Origin: Candidatus Latescibacterota bacterium
Lineage (GTDB): Bacteria > Latescibacterota > UBA2968
Direction of reading: 5' to 3'
DNA length: 64,000 nucleotides
Assembly (NCBI GenBank): GCA_965207885.1
Contig: OZ242311.1
Location: 960,001-1,024,000 of the forward strand
The first letter of the stretch is position 1; every line of letters begins with the position of its first letter. The notes beneath the pieces were generated by a model, which was not told the DNA's origin, searched no databases, and was given only the letters and a program-made list of their open reading frames with translations. Position numbers and translations under genes: made by a program. Positions 9,354 to 18,964 of the stretch are shown one piece after another.

Positions 9354-11324
9354 ATGGGAAAGCGAATCCAACCGCAGGGCATCGTCAATAACGCGGAAAG
9401 CCCACATGTTGTGCTCAAGAGTATCAACATTGGCGACTGCCAGTGGACGGATGGATTTTGGGCGGACAAATATCGGTTATGTGAAGAGGTGATGGTGCCC
9501 TATATGGGCACGTTGCTCAAAGGCGATATCGGGCATGGCTACAATAATTTTAAAATTGCTGCTGGTCTCAAGGAAGGCGAGCATAAGGGCCACTGGTGGC
9601 ACGATGGCGATTTCTACAAGTGGATGGAGTCCGCCATGTATGTCTATGGGGTCAATAAGGATGAGAAGATTGTTGAGGAACTGGATGAGATTATTGAAGT
9701 CATCGGAAAGGCTCAGGAAGACGATGGCTATCTATCGACCCACGTTACCATCAATGGGTTCGATCGGTTTTCCAATCGCCAGTACCACGAACTTTACAAC
9801 AGTGGTCATTTGTTGACCAGTGCATGTATTCATTATCGCGTAACTGGGAAAACCAACTTCCTGGATATCGCTGTTAAACATGCAGACTATCTGTATGGGG
9901 TTTTTCAACCCCGTCCAAAGGAACTGGCGCGTTTTGGTTTTAATCCCTCTCAGATTATGGGATTGGTAGAGCTTTATCGAACGACCAGAGATGCGCGTTA
10001 TCTCGAGCTGGCCGAGATATTTGTCAACATGAGGGGAGACGGTCCCGTGCAGGCTCCGACTGTCAACCCGAGGTTCGAAGGCGATATGTGTCAGGATCGG
10101 GTTCCTATTCGCGAGGAGACGGAGGCCGTTGGTCACGCAGTTCTGGCTATGTACCTCTATGCTGGCGTTGCGGATGTGTATGCAGAAACTGGAGAGCAGG
10201 CCCTGATAGACGCTCTTGAGCGGCTGTGGGCAAATGTGACCGATAAGAAGATGTATGTAACAGGCGCTGTCGGACAGGCGCATCACGGCGCATCTTCTCG
10301 GGTGGATTTTGTCCATGAAGCATTTATTGACGAATATATGATGCCCAATTCGACGGCTTATAATGAGACGTGTGCGAATATCGGCAATGCCATGTTCAAC
10401 TGGCGTATGCTGAGTTTGAAGGGCGAAAGCAAATATGCCGATGTTGTGGAATTGGTTTTATATAACAGTGCGCTTTCTGGCATCAGCAGTGATGGCATGC
10501 ACTATTTCTACGCCAACCCGCTTCGTATGAACCATGAAGGGCGTGATTATTCAAGGACGCCTACGGAGACGGCTGTTCGGTTGCCCTATATCAAGTGTTT
10601 TTGCTGTCCGCCCAATATTGTCCGAACCATTGCCAGGTCGTCTGGATGGGCATACAGCCTGACGGAGAACGGTGTTGCGGTCGTTCTGTACGGGGGGAAT
10701 AAAATGGATGCCCAGATGCTGGACGGATCGAAGATCAGGCTGAAACAGGATTCCCAGTATCCGTGGGATGGCGCAGTGAAAATCACGATAGAGGAATGCA
10801 AGGACAAGCCCTTTGAAATGCTGCTGCGCATTCCCGAATGGGCGGTAGGCACCAGAATTACGATCAACGGGAGAGATGCTGGTGTTGAAGCGGTACCTGG
10901 AACTTTTGCCAGAATTGAACTTGCCTGGAAAGCGGGTGATGTTGTTGCACTGGAAATGCCGATGGATATTACTCTGATTGAAGGCCATCCACGTATTGAA
11001 GAAACCCGCAATCAGGCAGCGATTAAACGTGGCCCTGTGGTGTACTGCATTGAATCGCCCGACCTTCCGGAAAACACGGATATTCTGGACGTGTATCTGC
11101 CGATCTCTTTAGACTTAAAAGCAGAATACCAGCCGGAATTTCTGGGCGGTCTGACGACGATAAGCGGCAATGTTGTCTTGCGCAGAGATAAAAAAGAAGG
11201 CATGTATCGGACGCTGGTCAAACCAGAGTGGAAAACCATTCAAACCCAATTCGTTCCCTATTATTCATGGTGCAATCGGGGGCAAAGTGAAATGACGGTT
11301 TGGATGCCCATTGTGTGGAAGTAG
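9354..11324 (+). CDS. GH127 glycoside hydrolase (beta-L-arabinofuranosidase / 3,6-anhydro-D-galactosidase family)
   Basis: DGDFYKWMES, HELYNSGHL, GHAV, YNETCA, CFCCPPN, LRIPEW, RGPVVYC, VPYYSW.NRG. Confidence 0.9.
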   Translation: MGKRIQPQGIVNNAESPHVVLKSINIGDCQWTDGFWADKYRLCEEVMVPYMGTLLKGDIGHGYNNFKIAAGLKEGEHKGHWWHDGDFYKWMESAMYVYGVNKDEKIVEELDEIIEVIGKAQEDDGYLSTHVTINGFDRFSNRQYHELYNSGHLLTSACIHYRVTGKTNFLDIAVKHADYLYGVFQPRPKELARFGFNPSQIMGLVELYRTTRDARYLELAEIFVNMRGDGPVQAPTVNPRFEGDMCQDRVPIREETEAVGHAVLAMYLYAGVADVYAETGEQALIDALERLWANVTDKKMYVTGAVGQAHHGASSRVDFVHEAFIDEYMMPNSTAYNETCANIGNAMFNWRMLSLKGESKYADVVELVLYNSALSGISSDGMHYFYANPLRMNHEGRDYSRTPTETAVRLPYIKCFCCPPNIVRTIARSSGWAYSLTENGVAVVLYGGNKMDAQMLDGSKIRLKQDSQYPWDGAVKITIEECKDKPFEMLLRIPEWAVGTRITINGRDAGVEAVPGTFARIELAWKAGDVVALEMPMDITLIEGHPRIEETRNQAAIKRGPVVYCIESPDLPENTDILDVYLPISLDLKAEYQPEFLGGLTTISGNVVLRRDKKEGMYRTLVKPEWKTIQTQFVPYYSWCNRGQSEMTVWMPIVWK

Positions 11325-11388
11325 AACCGGGTGTCCGATTTTGGGTTCAAGCTGTTTGGCGAAACCCGATTAATAAAGAAAGAGACAG

Positions 11389-13155
11389 ATGAAACCCTCA
11401 CAACCCAATGTGATTTTGATCATTACCGACGACCAGGGGTATGGCGATCTGGGCTGTCATGGCAATCCTGTTGCCCGAACGCCGAATCTGGACAGCTTGC
11501 ACGGGGAAAGTATTCGGCTGATGGATTTTCACGTTGCGCCCATGTGTACGCCTACTCGCGGCCAATTGCTGAGCGGACTTGATGCGGCACGCAATGGCGC
11601 TGTAAACGTGAGTAGCGGACGCTCGCTTCTGAGACCAGATTTGCCGACCATGGCCGATATTTTTCGGTCGAACGGTTATCGAACTGGTGTGTTTGGCAAA
11701 TGGCATCTGGGCGACAACTATCCGTACCGTCCTCAGGACCGCGGTTTTGAGGAAAGTCTCTGGTTTCCATCCTCTCATATCAGTTCTGTGCCCGACTACT
11801 GGGAGAACGATTACTTCGACGATGTATATTGTCACAATGGATCTCGCGTGCGACAGGAAGGATACTGTACGGAGGTCTTTTTCGAAGCGGCAAAAGCGTG
11901 GATGCAAGCACGGATCGCGGCTTCAGAACCCTTTTTCACTTTCCTGCCGACCAATGCCCCACACGCCCCACTTTTTGTGCCTGCCGAAGATCGCGAGGCC
12001 ATTGAGGCGGCATTTGCAGAGGATGAACACCAGTTGCCTGCACTTCCCGAAAATTTGCGAGCGAATATCATTCGCTTTCTCGCTATGATTCGAAATTTGG
12101 ATACTCAGGTCGGTGCGCTTCGGCGCTTTCTGCAAGAACAGGATGTAGATAGGAATACAATCCTGATTTTTATGACTGATAATGGCAGTACTTTTGGTTC
12201 TGTCTATTACAATGCCGGGATGCGGGGTAAAAAGTGTGAGCTTTGGGAAGGTGGGCACCGGGTACCGTTTTTCTTACATTGGCCAAATGGTGATCTGGGC
12301 GAACCCCGGGAGATTGAGGGACTGACTCAGGCGCAGGATATTTTGCCGACTTTGATCGAGTTTTGTGGGCTGGAACCGCCGGCCGAATTGCGTTTGGATG
12401 GGATTAGCCTATCTCCGGTTTTTCGGGGTGCGGAGCAGGTGCCGGAAGATCGCATGTTGACGGTGAATTACAGCCGTATGCCCGGGGAGCTGGACTACCC
12501 GACGCCCGACAGCCCTTCGTTCATAAGACGCGAGGGTGCTGCTGTACTCTGGAAACGGTGGCGCTTGCTTGAAGGAACGGCACTGTATGATTTGGATAGC
12601 GACCCCGAACAGAATCTCGACGTTGCCGATCAGCACCCTGATATTGTCCGGCAGATGCAGGATTACCTGGATGCCTGGTGGCGAGAAGTGGAACCGGTCG
12701 CCAATCAAGTGCAGCGGATTACCATCGGCAGTGAGGCCGAGAATCCGATGACGCTATCGGCCTGCGAGTGGAGGGATGTCTTTGTGGATCAGCAGCGGCA
12801 GGTGAGGACGGCCGTGCGGAAGAACAGTTACTGGCACCTGATGGTTGAAGCCGCTGGCAAGTACACTTTTGAATTGCGGCGCTGGCCGAGAGAGAGCGGC
12901 CTCAAGCTGAGAGAGGCTTGCCAGGCGGCTCAATTGACCGACGGTGAATTGGAAGCGGGAATTGCGCTGCCGATTGCCAGAGCGCGTGTGCTGATCGGTG
13001 GACGCTTTTACACCAGGCCCGCTGAGCCAGACGACCAGGGTGTTGTGTTTACCGTGGATCTGGAGCCGGGTCCCACGATTTTGCACACCTGGTTCGACGA
13101 CGAGCGCAACCAGCCCATCTGCGGCGCCTACTATGTTTATGTTGCACGTCAATGA
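11389..13155 (+). CDS. Arylsulfatase (S1) with C-terminal beta-sandwich extension
   Basis: PNVILIITDDQGYGD, CTPTR, GKWHLGDNYP, TDNG, EGGHRVP. Confidence 0.92.
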   Translation: MKPSQPNVILIITDDQGYGDLGCHGNPVARTPNLDSLHGESIRLMDFHVAPMCTPTRGQLLSGLDAARNGAVNVSSGRSLLRPDLPTMADIFRSNGYRTGVFGKWHLGDNYPYRPQDRGFEESLWFPSSHISSVPDYWENDYFDDVYCHNGSRVRQEGYCTEVFFEAAKAWMQARIAASEPFFTFLPTNAPHAPLFVPAEDREAIEAAFAEDEHQLPALPENLRANIIRFLAMIRNLDTQVGALRRFLQEQDVDRNTILIFMTDNGSTFGSVYYNAGMRGKKCELWEGGHRVPFFLHWPNGDLGEPREIEGLTQAQDILPTLIEFCGLEPPAELRLDGISLSPVFRGAEQVPEDRMLTVNYSRMPGELDYPTPDSPSFIRREGAAVLWKRWRLLEGTALYDLDSDPEQNLDVADQHPDIVRQMQDYLDAWWREVEPVANQVQRITIGSEAENPMTLSACEWRDVFVDQQRQVRTAVRKNSYWHLMVEAAGKYTFELRRWPRESGLKLREACQAAQLTDGELEAGIALPIARARVLIGGRFYTRPAEPDDQGVVFTVDLEPGPTILHTWFDDERNQPICGAYYVYVARQ

Positions 13156-13166
13156 GGGGGAAAACC

Positions 13167-14450
13167 ATGAAGACCATATTGTTGATGATAACCGTGTTTG
13201 TAATGACCGCGGTTGCGGAGGGGGCATATGTGGAGACCATGGATCCAGACGGTTTGACTATGAATCTGAAGACGGATTTCGGACTGGTTGATGATGGGGC
13301 TGAGAGCAATCAGAGTGAGCGATTGCAAAAAGCGATAGATGAGGTTTCAGCAAAAGGTGGTGGACGCCTGATTGTTCCGAAAGGGGTTTATCGTTTTGGG
13401 GGCATCAACTTGAAGTCCAATGTGCACCTGTTGATCGAGAAAGACACGGTTATCAAACCCTATTGGCCCAAAGGTACGAAGACCATTGTTTTTGGATTGG
13501 GTACAGGGAGGAATGCCGAATCCATAGAGAATGTCAGTATTCGCGGGCTGGGCGGCAAGTTTATTGTCGATTATTCAGATCGCGGAAGTGTGGCGGGGGA
13601 AGGCATACGGATCGTCAACTGCAGGAAGGTCAAAAATTTCCTGCTCTCCGATATTGACGTTAGGGATAGTTTTACCACTTATTCTGCATTTATCTTTACG
13701 CCGTCCAGGGATAGGGATGTGGAGAGTGGGGGCGTCTTCAGGCCCACCGATGGTCTGGTGAAAAATCTGAGAAGCACGAATACCAGCCCGGGATACGGTT
13801 TGGTTCAGATGCATGCGGGGGAGACCATCCATTTTGAAAATCTCGAAGCCATTGGCGGTGGGGTGACTTTTAGACTGGAGACGGGTGCCGGCGGGCATAA
13901 CGGCGGAGTGCATGATATTACGGCAAAGAATCTATATTGTGAGAATGGCAGTACTGCGGTGTTGCTTGGACCACACAAAGCTCAAAATGGCGTTGTCAAG
14001 ATCGACGGTGTGACTGTGAAGAGTTGTGCTTTCGCGGTGACGATGGGACCTGGTTATGTGGAGAAACGGAATCAGGCGGATGAGCGTTATAAACCCGGTG
14101 TGTTTGCAGATGGGACTACGGTAAAGAATATCCATGCGATATTTGGGACAAACGCGGCCATTGCACTCAAGGGACTTGCGAATGTTCCGGAAGAATATCT
14201 GAAAGAGTTGAGGTTTGATGAAAATGACAGGAAGATCAAACGGGTTAGAGGTCCCTCTGTCGGGGTTGTGAGAGACCGTACGGGGGATAGTTGGCATCCG
14301 ATTATTGAGAATGTGACCAGCGAGGGTTTTAAATACAATAAAGGCATTATGAGTCTTGCCGAAAAACAGCCTCGAAACTGGAAAGCGCGGCTCAAAGGGC
14401 TGCCGCTTCTCGACGAAATTTTGCGAAACCAACAAAAGCAGGCAGACTGA
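13167..14450 (+). CDS. Secreted GH82 iota-carrageenase-like beta-helix protein
   Basis: Signal peptide MKTILLMITVFVMTAVAEG; LQKAID..GGG.L.VPKG.Y beta-helix cap; GYGLVQ...GGVTFRLETG matches the GH82 catalytic segment (GYGLIQ...GG..LRMETD). Confidence 0.72.
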   Translation: MKTILLMITVFVMTAVAEGAYVETMDPDGLTMNLKTDFGLVDDGAESNQSERLQKAIDEVSAKGGGRLIVPKGVYRFGGINLKSNVHLLIEKDTVIKPYWPKGTKTIVFGLGTGRNAESIENVSIRGLGGKFIVDYSDRGSVAGEGIRIVNCRKVKNFLLSDIDVRDSFTTYSAFIFTPSRDRDVESGGVFRPTDGLVKNLRSTNTSPGYGLVQMHAGETIHFENLEAIGGGVTFRLETGAGGHNGGVHDITAKNLYCENGSTAVLLGPHKAQNGVVKIDGVTVKSCAFAVTMGPGYVEKRNQADERYKPGVFADGTTVKNIHAIFGTNAAIALKGLANVPEEYLKELRFDENDRKIKRVRGPSVGVVRDRTGDSWHPIIENVTSEGFKYNKGIMSLAEKQPRNWKARLKGLPLLDEILRNQQKQAD

Positions 14451-14466
14451 GATAGGAGATCAGCTC

Positions 14467-15321
14467 ATGCGACAGGTCCATCCCCTCAGCGATAGCGAAC
14501 TGGACGAACACGTCGGCAATCTCGACCGCGACGGCTATACCATTATACGGAACCAGATCGCACCTGAGTACCTCAACCCTTTGCGCGACATTGCCCAGCG
14601 TGCCGCCGATGACTATATTGCCGCCTGGCGTGGCGGGATGAAGCTGTCTGAAGTGAAGATCGGCGACAGGTACGGGACTCGCAAATTTGACCTGAATCCC
14701 AATGCCCGTGCCTGTTTCTTGTGGGGTGATGCGGCGATAGAATTGCTCGACCACGATACTGTTCACGCGATCTGCGAGCCTGCCCTGGGTACCTATCACT
14801 TCTCTGACCTTGTCGCCAATACCCAACGCTACAACCCCGGAGAGCAGTCTGAAGGCATCCATCGCGATTTTCGCCCCGGCCTTACCGCCAATGGCAAGCA
14901 CAGGGGGCTGTGGTTCTTTTTTTTAATTGACGGGTACACGGCGGAAAACGGTGCGACTTCTGTGATACCGGGCACTCATCGCTTTAAGGCTGGCGAAGAT
15001 CCCGAGGTGCCGGATTCCAACCCAAATTACTACGGCAATAGAGTTCAGGTTATCGGCGATCCCGGTGATCTGCTGGTGGTCAATGCGGCCTGTCTGCACT
15101 GCGCTGGCATGAACCAGACCCGGAAGCCACGCCGTACGTTGAATGTCCGCGTGATGCAACCCGAAGGCAAATTTCACTACAATGCCTGGGAACTGGCCGG
15201 ACCAAGACGCCAGGCCAAAGCCAGTATCCGGGTTAAGCGCTTCATGCAACCACCGGCTGACCTCGCTGCCGAACTGCGCACCGATTGGGCAGTGATGCCG
15301 GGCAAGAATGAAGCGGATTAG
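14467..15321 (+). CDS. PhyH-family Fe(II)/2OG dioxygenase (canonical H-x-D)
   Basis: DGYTII, IHRD, NGATSVIPGTH, GDLLV....LH.AG.N...RR; AGGAG RBS before ATG 14467. Confidence 0.85.
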   Translation: MRQVHPLSDSELDEHVGNLDRDGYTIIRNQIAPEYLNPLRDIAQRAADDYIAAWRGGMKLSEVKIGDRYGTRKFDLNPNARACFLWGDAAIELLDHDTVHAICEPALGTYHFSDLVANTQRYNPGEQSEGIHRDFRPGLTANGKHRGLWFFFLIDGYTAENGATSVIPGTHRFKAGEDPEVPDSNPNYYGNRVQVIGDPGDLLVVNAACLHCAGMNQTRKPRRTLNVRVMQPEGKFHYNAWELAGPRRQAKASIRVKRFMQPPADLAAELRTDWAVMPGKNEAD

Positions 15322-16166
15322 ACGCCGCGCATGGGGTCGTTTTTTATTTTTCTGCACGCCATTTCAAACAGGTATTCGAACGGGGGGGCGATGAATTCGG
15401 CATTGGGATCGACGCCGCCTGCTTCGAATATTTTTTTACTGCTTTTATCAAAGAAGAGTGTTCGCCGTCTGACCAGCCAGCCGATGTTGTACACAACTGC
15501 GATCATGTGGCGGTTGTGGTCGGATGGATTTGGCACGCCGCGATGCCAGAGGCGCGAATCGCGGATCAGGATGTCGCCTTTTTGCAGGGTGGCCTGAATG
15601 GGCGGGGAAAAGTAGCGACGGTCGGCTTCTGTTTCGTCTGTTACGGGGCGCATGTCGAGGTGTGAACCCGGCCAGATCTGTGTCGATCCGTTTTTGTCAG
15701 ATGTGTCCTGGGGAAAGATGTTGATGATGAGTTGGGTTGCTGGATGGGGACGGTTTTGCTCGCCCCAGAGGTGAACGCCGTCAGCATGAAGGGGTTGAAA
15801 GGTGCTGTTTGGCGTATTGGTGTTGCCGTTATAAAAACAACAGTAAAAACCTGTACCCAGCATTTCTCGTGAGATCTGAATGGCATAAGGGTTGACGAGG
15901 ATGTCTGAGGATAGGTATGGGTCAAATGGTGGGGGTCCTTGCTGTAAATGCCCCTGTACGCCACCTGCGCCACCCCATTTTTGTGCTTCAATCAGTTTTG
16001 CAGAGTCTTCGTCCATGCGCGTTTTGAGGGCGTCGAGGATCGCGTGATTTACCACTTGCTCGATGATGACATAGCCGTCGTGCCGAATTGCCTCTATCGC
16101 ATTTGCCAATTTGTCTTTTGCCAGTTCACCAGCGTTTTGCTCTGTTGATGTGAGCGAGATGTTCAT
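15318..16166 (-). CDS. PhyH-family Fe(II)/2OG dioxygenase (canonical H-x-D)
   Basis: HDGYVII, QPLHAD, NGSTQIWPGSH, RLWHRG.PN; GGAAGGA RBS before ATG at 16166. Confidence 0.87.
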   Translation of the reverse strand: MNISLTSTEQNAGELAKDKLANAIEAIRHDGYVIIEQVVNHAILDALKTRMDEDSAKLIEAQKWGGAGGVQGHLQQGPPPFDPYLSSDILVNPYAIQISREMLGTGFYCCFYNGNTNTPNSTFQPLHADGVHLWGEQNRPHPATQLIINIFPQDTSDKNGSTQIWPGSHLDMRPVTDETEADRRYFSPPIQATLQKGDILIRDSRLWHRGVPNPSDHNRHMIAVVYNIGWLVRRRTLFFDKSSKKIFEAGGVDPNAEFIAPPFEYLFEMACRKIKNDPMRGV

Positions 16167-16224
16167 TTTGCGTCCTTCCCTTTGTTCTGCATCGTAGATT
16201 TGTTCCCTGTAATGTAGATGGTGG

Positions 16225-17391
16225 CTATGAGTGTGTAGTGCCAAAAACGCCAGCAAAGATGAGAAAATCCGCAAAGTTAATGATACCATCGTCGTTCATA
16301 TCCATACGGGCATCGTAATTGGCATCCGATGACGATAATCCGAATACGCTAATGAAGGTGAGATAATCGGAAAAGTCAACATCGCGGTCGCCATCGAAAT
16401 CGCCCGGATAAGAAATATGGATAGAGATCATGGCGTTGGACACATCTAAGGGGTCCTGGTGCCTATTGAGATCTGCCATTGAAGCGGTTTTGACGATGAG
16501 CGTTGTCTCTGCTTCAAGGGTATTGGTCACTTGTAAGTCAATTTGACCGAGATAACCAGTGGCAGGCACAGCAGGGGTAGAGAGCAATAGCGCAGACAGG
16601 ATAGGAGTACCCGGTGTCGGGAACAGGGCTGCATCGGTAAAATCCTTGCCCGATATACTACCGATGTAGTTGGAAAATGTCTTGCCCGGCAGGTCGAGTT
16701 CTATTTCGTAACCATAGGTTTGTTTGCCTGCGGCCATTGGAACAAAGAGTTGAAGTTGAATTGTATCGCCAGCTTTTTGTTCGGGAATGGTTAGCGCGTT
16801 ATTTTGTGCAGCGGGTGTTTCAATTTGTGTGTCGAGGTGGAGTTGCATGCCGGCAAATTCGCCACTTGTAGGCTCGTTAAACGATATGACATTTGTCGTT
16901 GTGATTACATCGCTCGATGCCGAGCTCTGAGCGAGTGTCACCGCCTTAATGCCAAGCGTAAACTCTTTACCCGTAATATCTGCTACGGTAGAAAACTCGG
17001 CGCGTCCTATAAAACCAGACGATGGCAATGTGACAGGTGTAGTCGTTGCGAAATTTACGCCCGTCGGTTCTGGAATAGCAAACGGAAACGCACTGTTCTC
17101 GACTTTATCAAGTTTCAAAACAGAAGCATCGAATTCAAATATGATGACTACACCAGCGAGAGGTGTGGTCACACCTTTTGCGAAGACTTCAACGGCAATT
17201 TTTGTGTCCTGTCCAGAGACTGTGCCTGAAGTAACGCGGTTATCTATTTGATTACCTGCTCCACCATCGGAGATCAGGTCAAGCGACACCGTCGCATTGG
17301 CATTGGGGCCAGCAGAGGCTTGACCCGCGAAAGCCAGTAATGCAAGGGTGATAGTAAACAAAAGCCCTTTTTTTAATAACATTTGCAACAA
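16225..17391 (-). CDS. Secreted/surface protein with cohesin-like beta-sandwich domains and a C-terminal dockerin-like double EF-hand
   Basis: N-terminal signal peptide ending AGQASA; C-terminal DFDGDRDVDFSDYL...DMNDDGIINFADFL Ca-binding repeats. Confidence 0.7.
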   Translation of the reverse strand: MLQMLLKKGLLFTITLALLAFAGQASAGPNANATVSLDLISDGGAGNQIDNRVTSGTVSGQDTKIAVEVFAKGVTTPLAGVVIIFEFDASVLKLDKVENSAFPFAIPEPTGVNFATTTPVTLPSSGFIGRAEFSTVADITGKEFTLGIKAVTLAQSSASSDVITTTNVISFNEPTSGEFAGMQLHLDTQIETPAAQNNALTIPEQKAGDTIQLQLFVPMAAGKQTYGYEIELDLPGKTFSNYIGSISGKDFTDAALFPTPGTPILSALLLSTPAVPATGYLGQIDLQVTNTLEAETTLIVKTASMADLNRHQDPLDVSNAMISIHISYPGDFDGDRDVDFSDYLTFISVFGLSSSDANYDARMDMNDDGIINFADFLIFAGVFGTTHS

Positions 17392-17678
17392 TCCTCAATA
17401 TATTGAATGATTGGCGATCATTTTGAGCCTATCGAGCGAGGGATGACCTGCTGTGCAGTTCTTCAACTTCTCTACGCTTCGCCCAGCATGCGTAGCCCTT
17501 GTCGCCCAGTTATCTCTTTATGTTGTGCAAAGATAAGTAGAAAATCAATCAGATAATAGTGTTACTTTTCGCCCTTTCAAAGATATATATACTGATTTTT
17601 TTAAAAGTGGACTGTGATCTATTGAAGGTATATTTTAGTTGTCCCGAAATGAATAGAATTATTCCCGGTGAGGAGCGT

Positions 17679-18941
17679 ATGGCGAGACCAAATGTTGTGT
17701 TAATTATGGCAGATGACATGGGGTTTGAGTGTTTGAGTTGTTATGGGAGTACGACATATAAAACGCCGGTGTTGGATGATCTGGCATCGCGGGGAATTCG
17801 CTTTTCCCATTGTTATTCGACGCCGTTGTGTACGCCTTCTCGCGTGGAGATTATGACGGGGCAGTACAATTTTCGGAATTACGACAGGTTCGCCTATTTG
17901 AATCCCAAAGAAAAGACGTTTGGCAATTTGTTAAAGGATGCGGGGTATGCTACGTGTGTTGCGGGCAAGTGGCAGTTGAGCAGGGACAATAAGATGCCGG
18001 CGCATTTTGGGTTTGACGAGCATTGTTTGTGGAACATGACGCCGCTTCCAGAAGATCCTGCACGCGTTGCAAAGGGGCGATATGCAAATCCGCAAATTGA
18101 ACGTAATGGCGAATGGTTGCCAGACGATTATATCGAAGATCGGTATGGTCCCGATATTTGTTGTGATTATTTGCTGGATTTTATTGAGCGACATCGGGAT
18201 GTGCCTTTTTTTGCTTATTATCCGATGATTCTGGTTCACGCGCCTTTTGTTCCCACGCCCGATAGTCCGGAATGGCGGGATAGAGGTCGCAGAGATGAGC
18301 AGGATACGCGCTATTTTGCCGATATGGTGGCGTATGCGGATAAGCTGGTGGGGCGGATTGTGGAGAAGCTCGAGGCGCTCGATTTGCTCGAGAATACACT
18401 GGTGATGTTTACGAGTGATAATGGTACGCATCGCACGATTACGTCCCAGCTTGAGGGTGGTGTTGATATTGTGGGCGGTAAAGGCACGATGCCCGATGCG
18501 GGGACACATGTGCCTTTTATTGCTTTTTGGAAGGGTGTGGTGCCAGAGGGCGTGGTGTTAGATGATCTGGTGGATTTTAGCGATTTTTTGCCGACGCTGA
18601 TGGATTTGGCAGATGCGCCTATTCCAGAGGGGATGCCGTGTGATGGGCGGAGTTTTTTGCCGCAGTTGCGAGGCGAACGGGGCGATCCGAGGGATTGGAT
18701 TTTTTGTCATTACAACCCGCGTTTTGGTTTTGGCCAGGATCACGCGGGACAGTTTGCGCGGGAACATCGGTTTAAAATTTATCACGATGGGCGGTTTTAC
18801 GATGTGCCTGCAGATCGGCTGGAAGAGCACGATATTGTTTTGGGGCAAGGCGATGCCGATTCTGAAGAGGCGCGCGAACGCTTGCAAAAGGTGTTGAATA
18901 TGATGCCGGAATTTATTGATGATTATGTTCCGGAGCGGTGA
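17679..18941 (+). CDS. Sulfatase (S1, Cys-type)
   Basis: RPNVVLIMADDMG, CTPSR, GKWQL, SDNG; GAGGAG RBS. Confidence 0.92.
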   Translation: MARPNVVLIMADDMGFECLSCYGSTTYKTPVLDDLASRGIRFSHCYSTPLCTPSRVEIMTGQYNFRNYDRFAYLNPKEKTFGNLLKDAGYATCVAGKWQLSRDNKMPAHFGFDEHCLWNMTPLPEDPARVAKGRYANPQIERNGEWLPDDYIEDRYGPDICCDYLLDFIERHRDVPFFAYYPMILVHAPFVPTPDSPEWRDRGRRDEQDTRYFADMVAYADKLVGRIVEKLEALDLLENTLVMFTSDNGTHRTITSQLEGGVDIVGGKGTMPDAGTHVPFIAFWKGVVPEGVVLDDLVDFSDFLPTLMDLADAPIPEGMPCDGRSFLPQLRGERGDPRDWIFCHYNPRFGFGQDHAGQFAREHRFKIYHDGRFYDVPADRLEEHDIVLGQGDADSEEARERLQKVLNMMPEFIDDYVPER

Positions 18942-18964
18942 TATTTTTTTTAAAGGAGGGTTTA

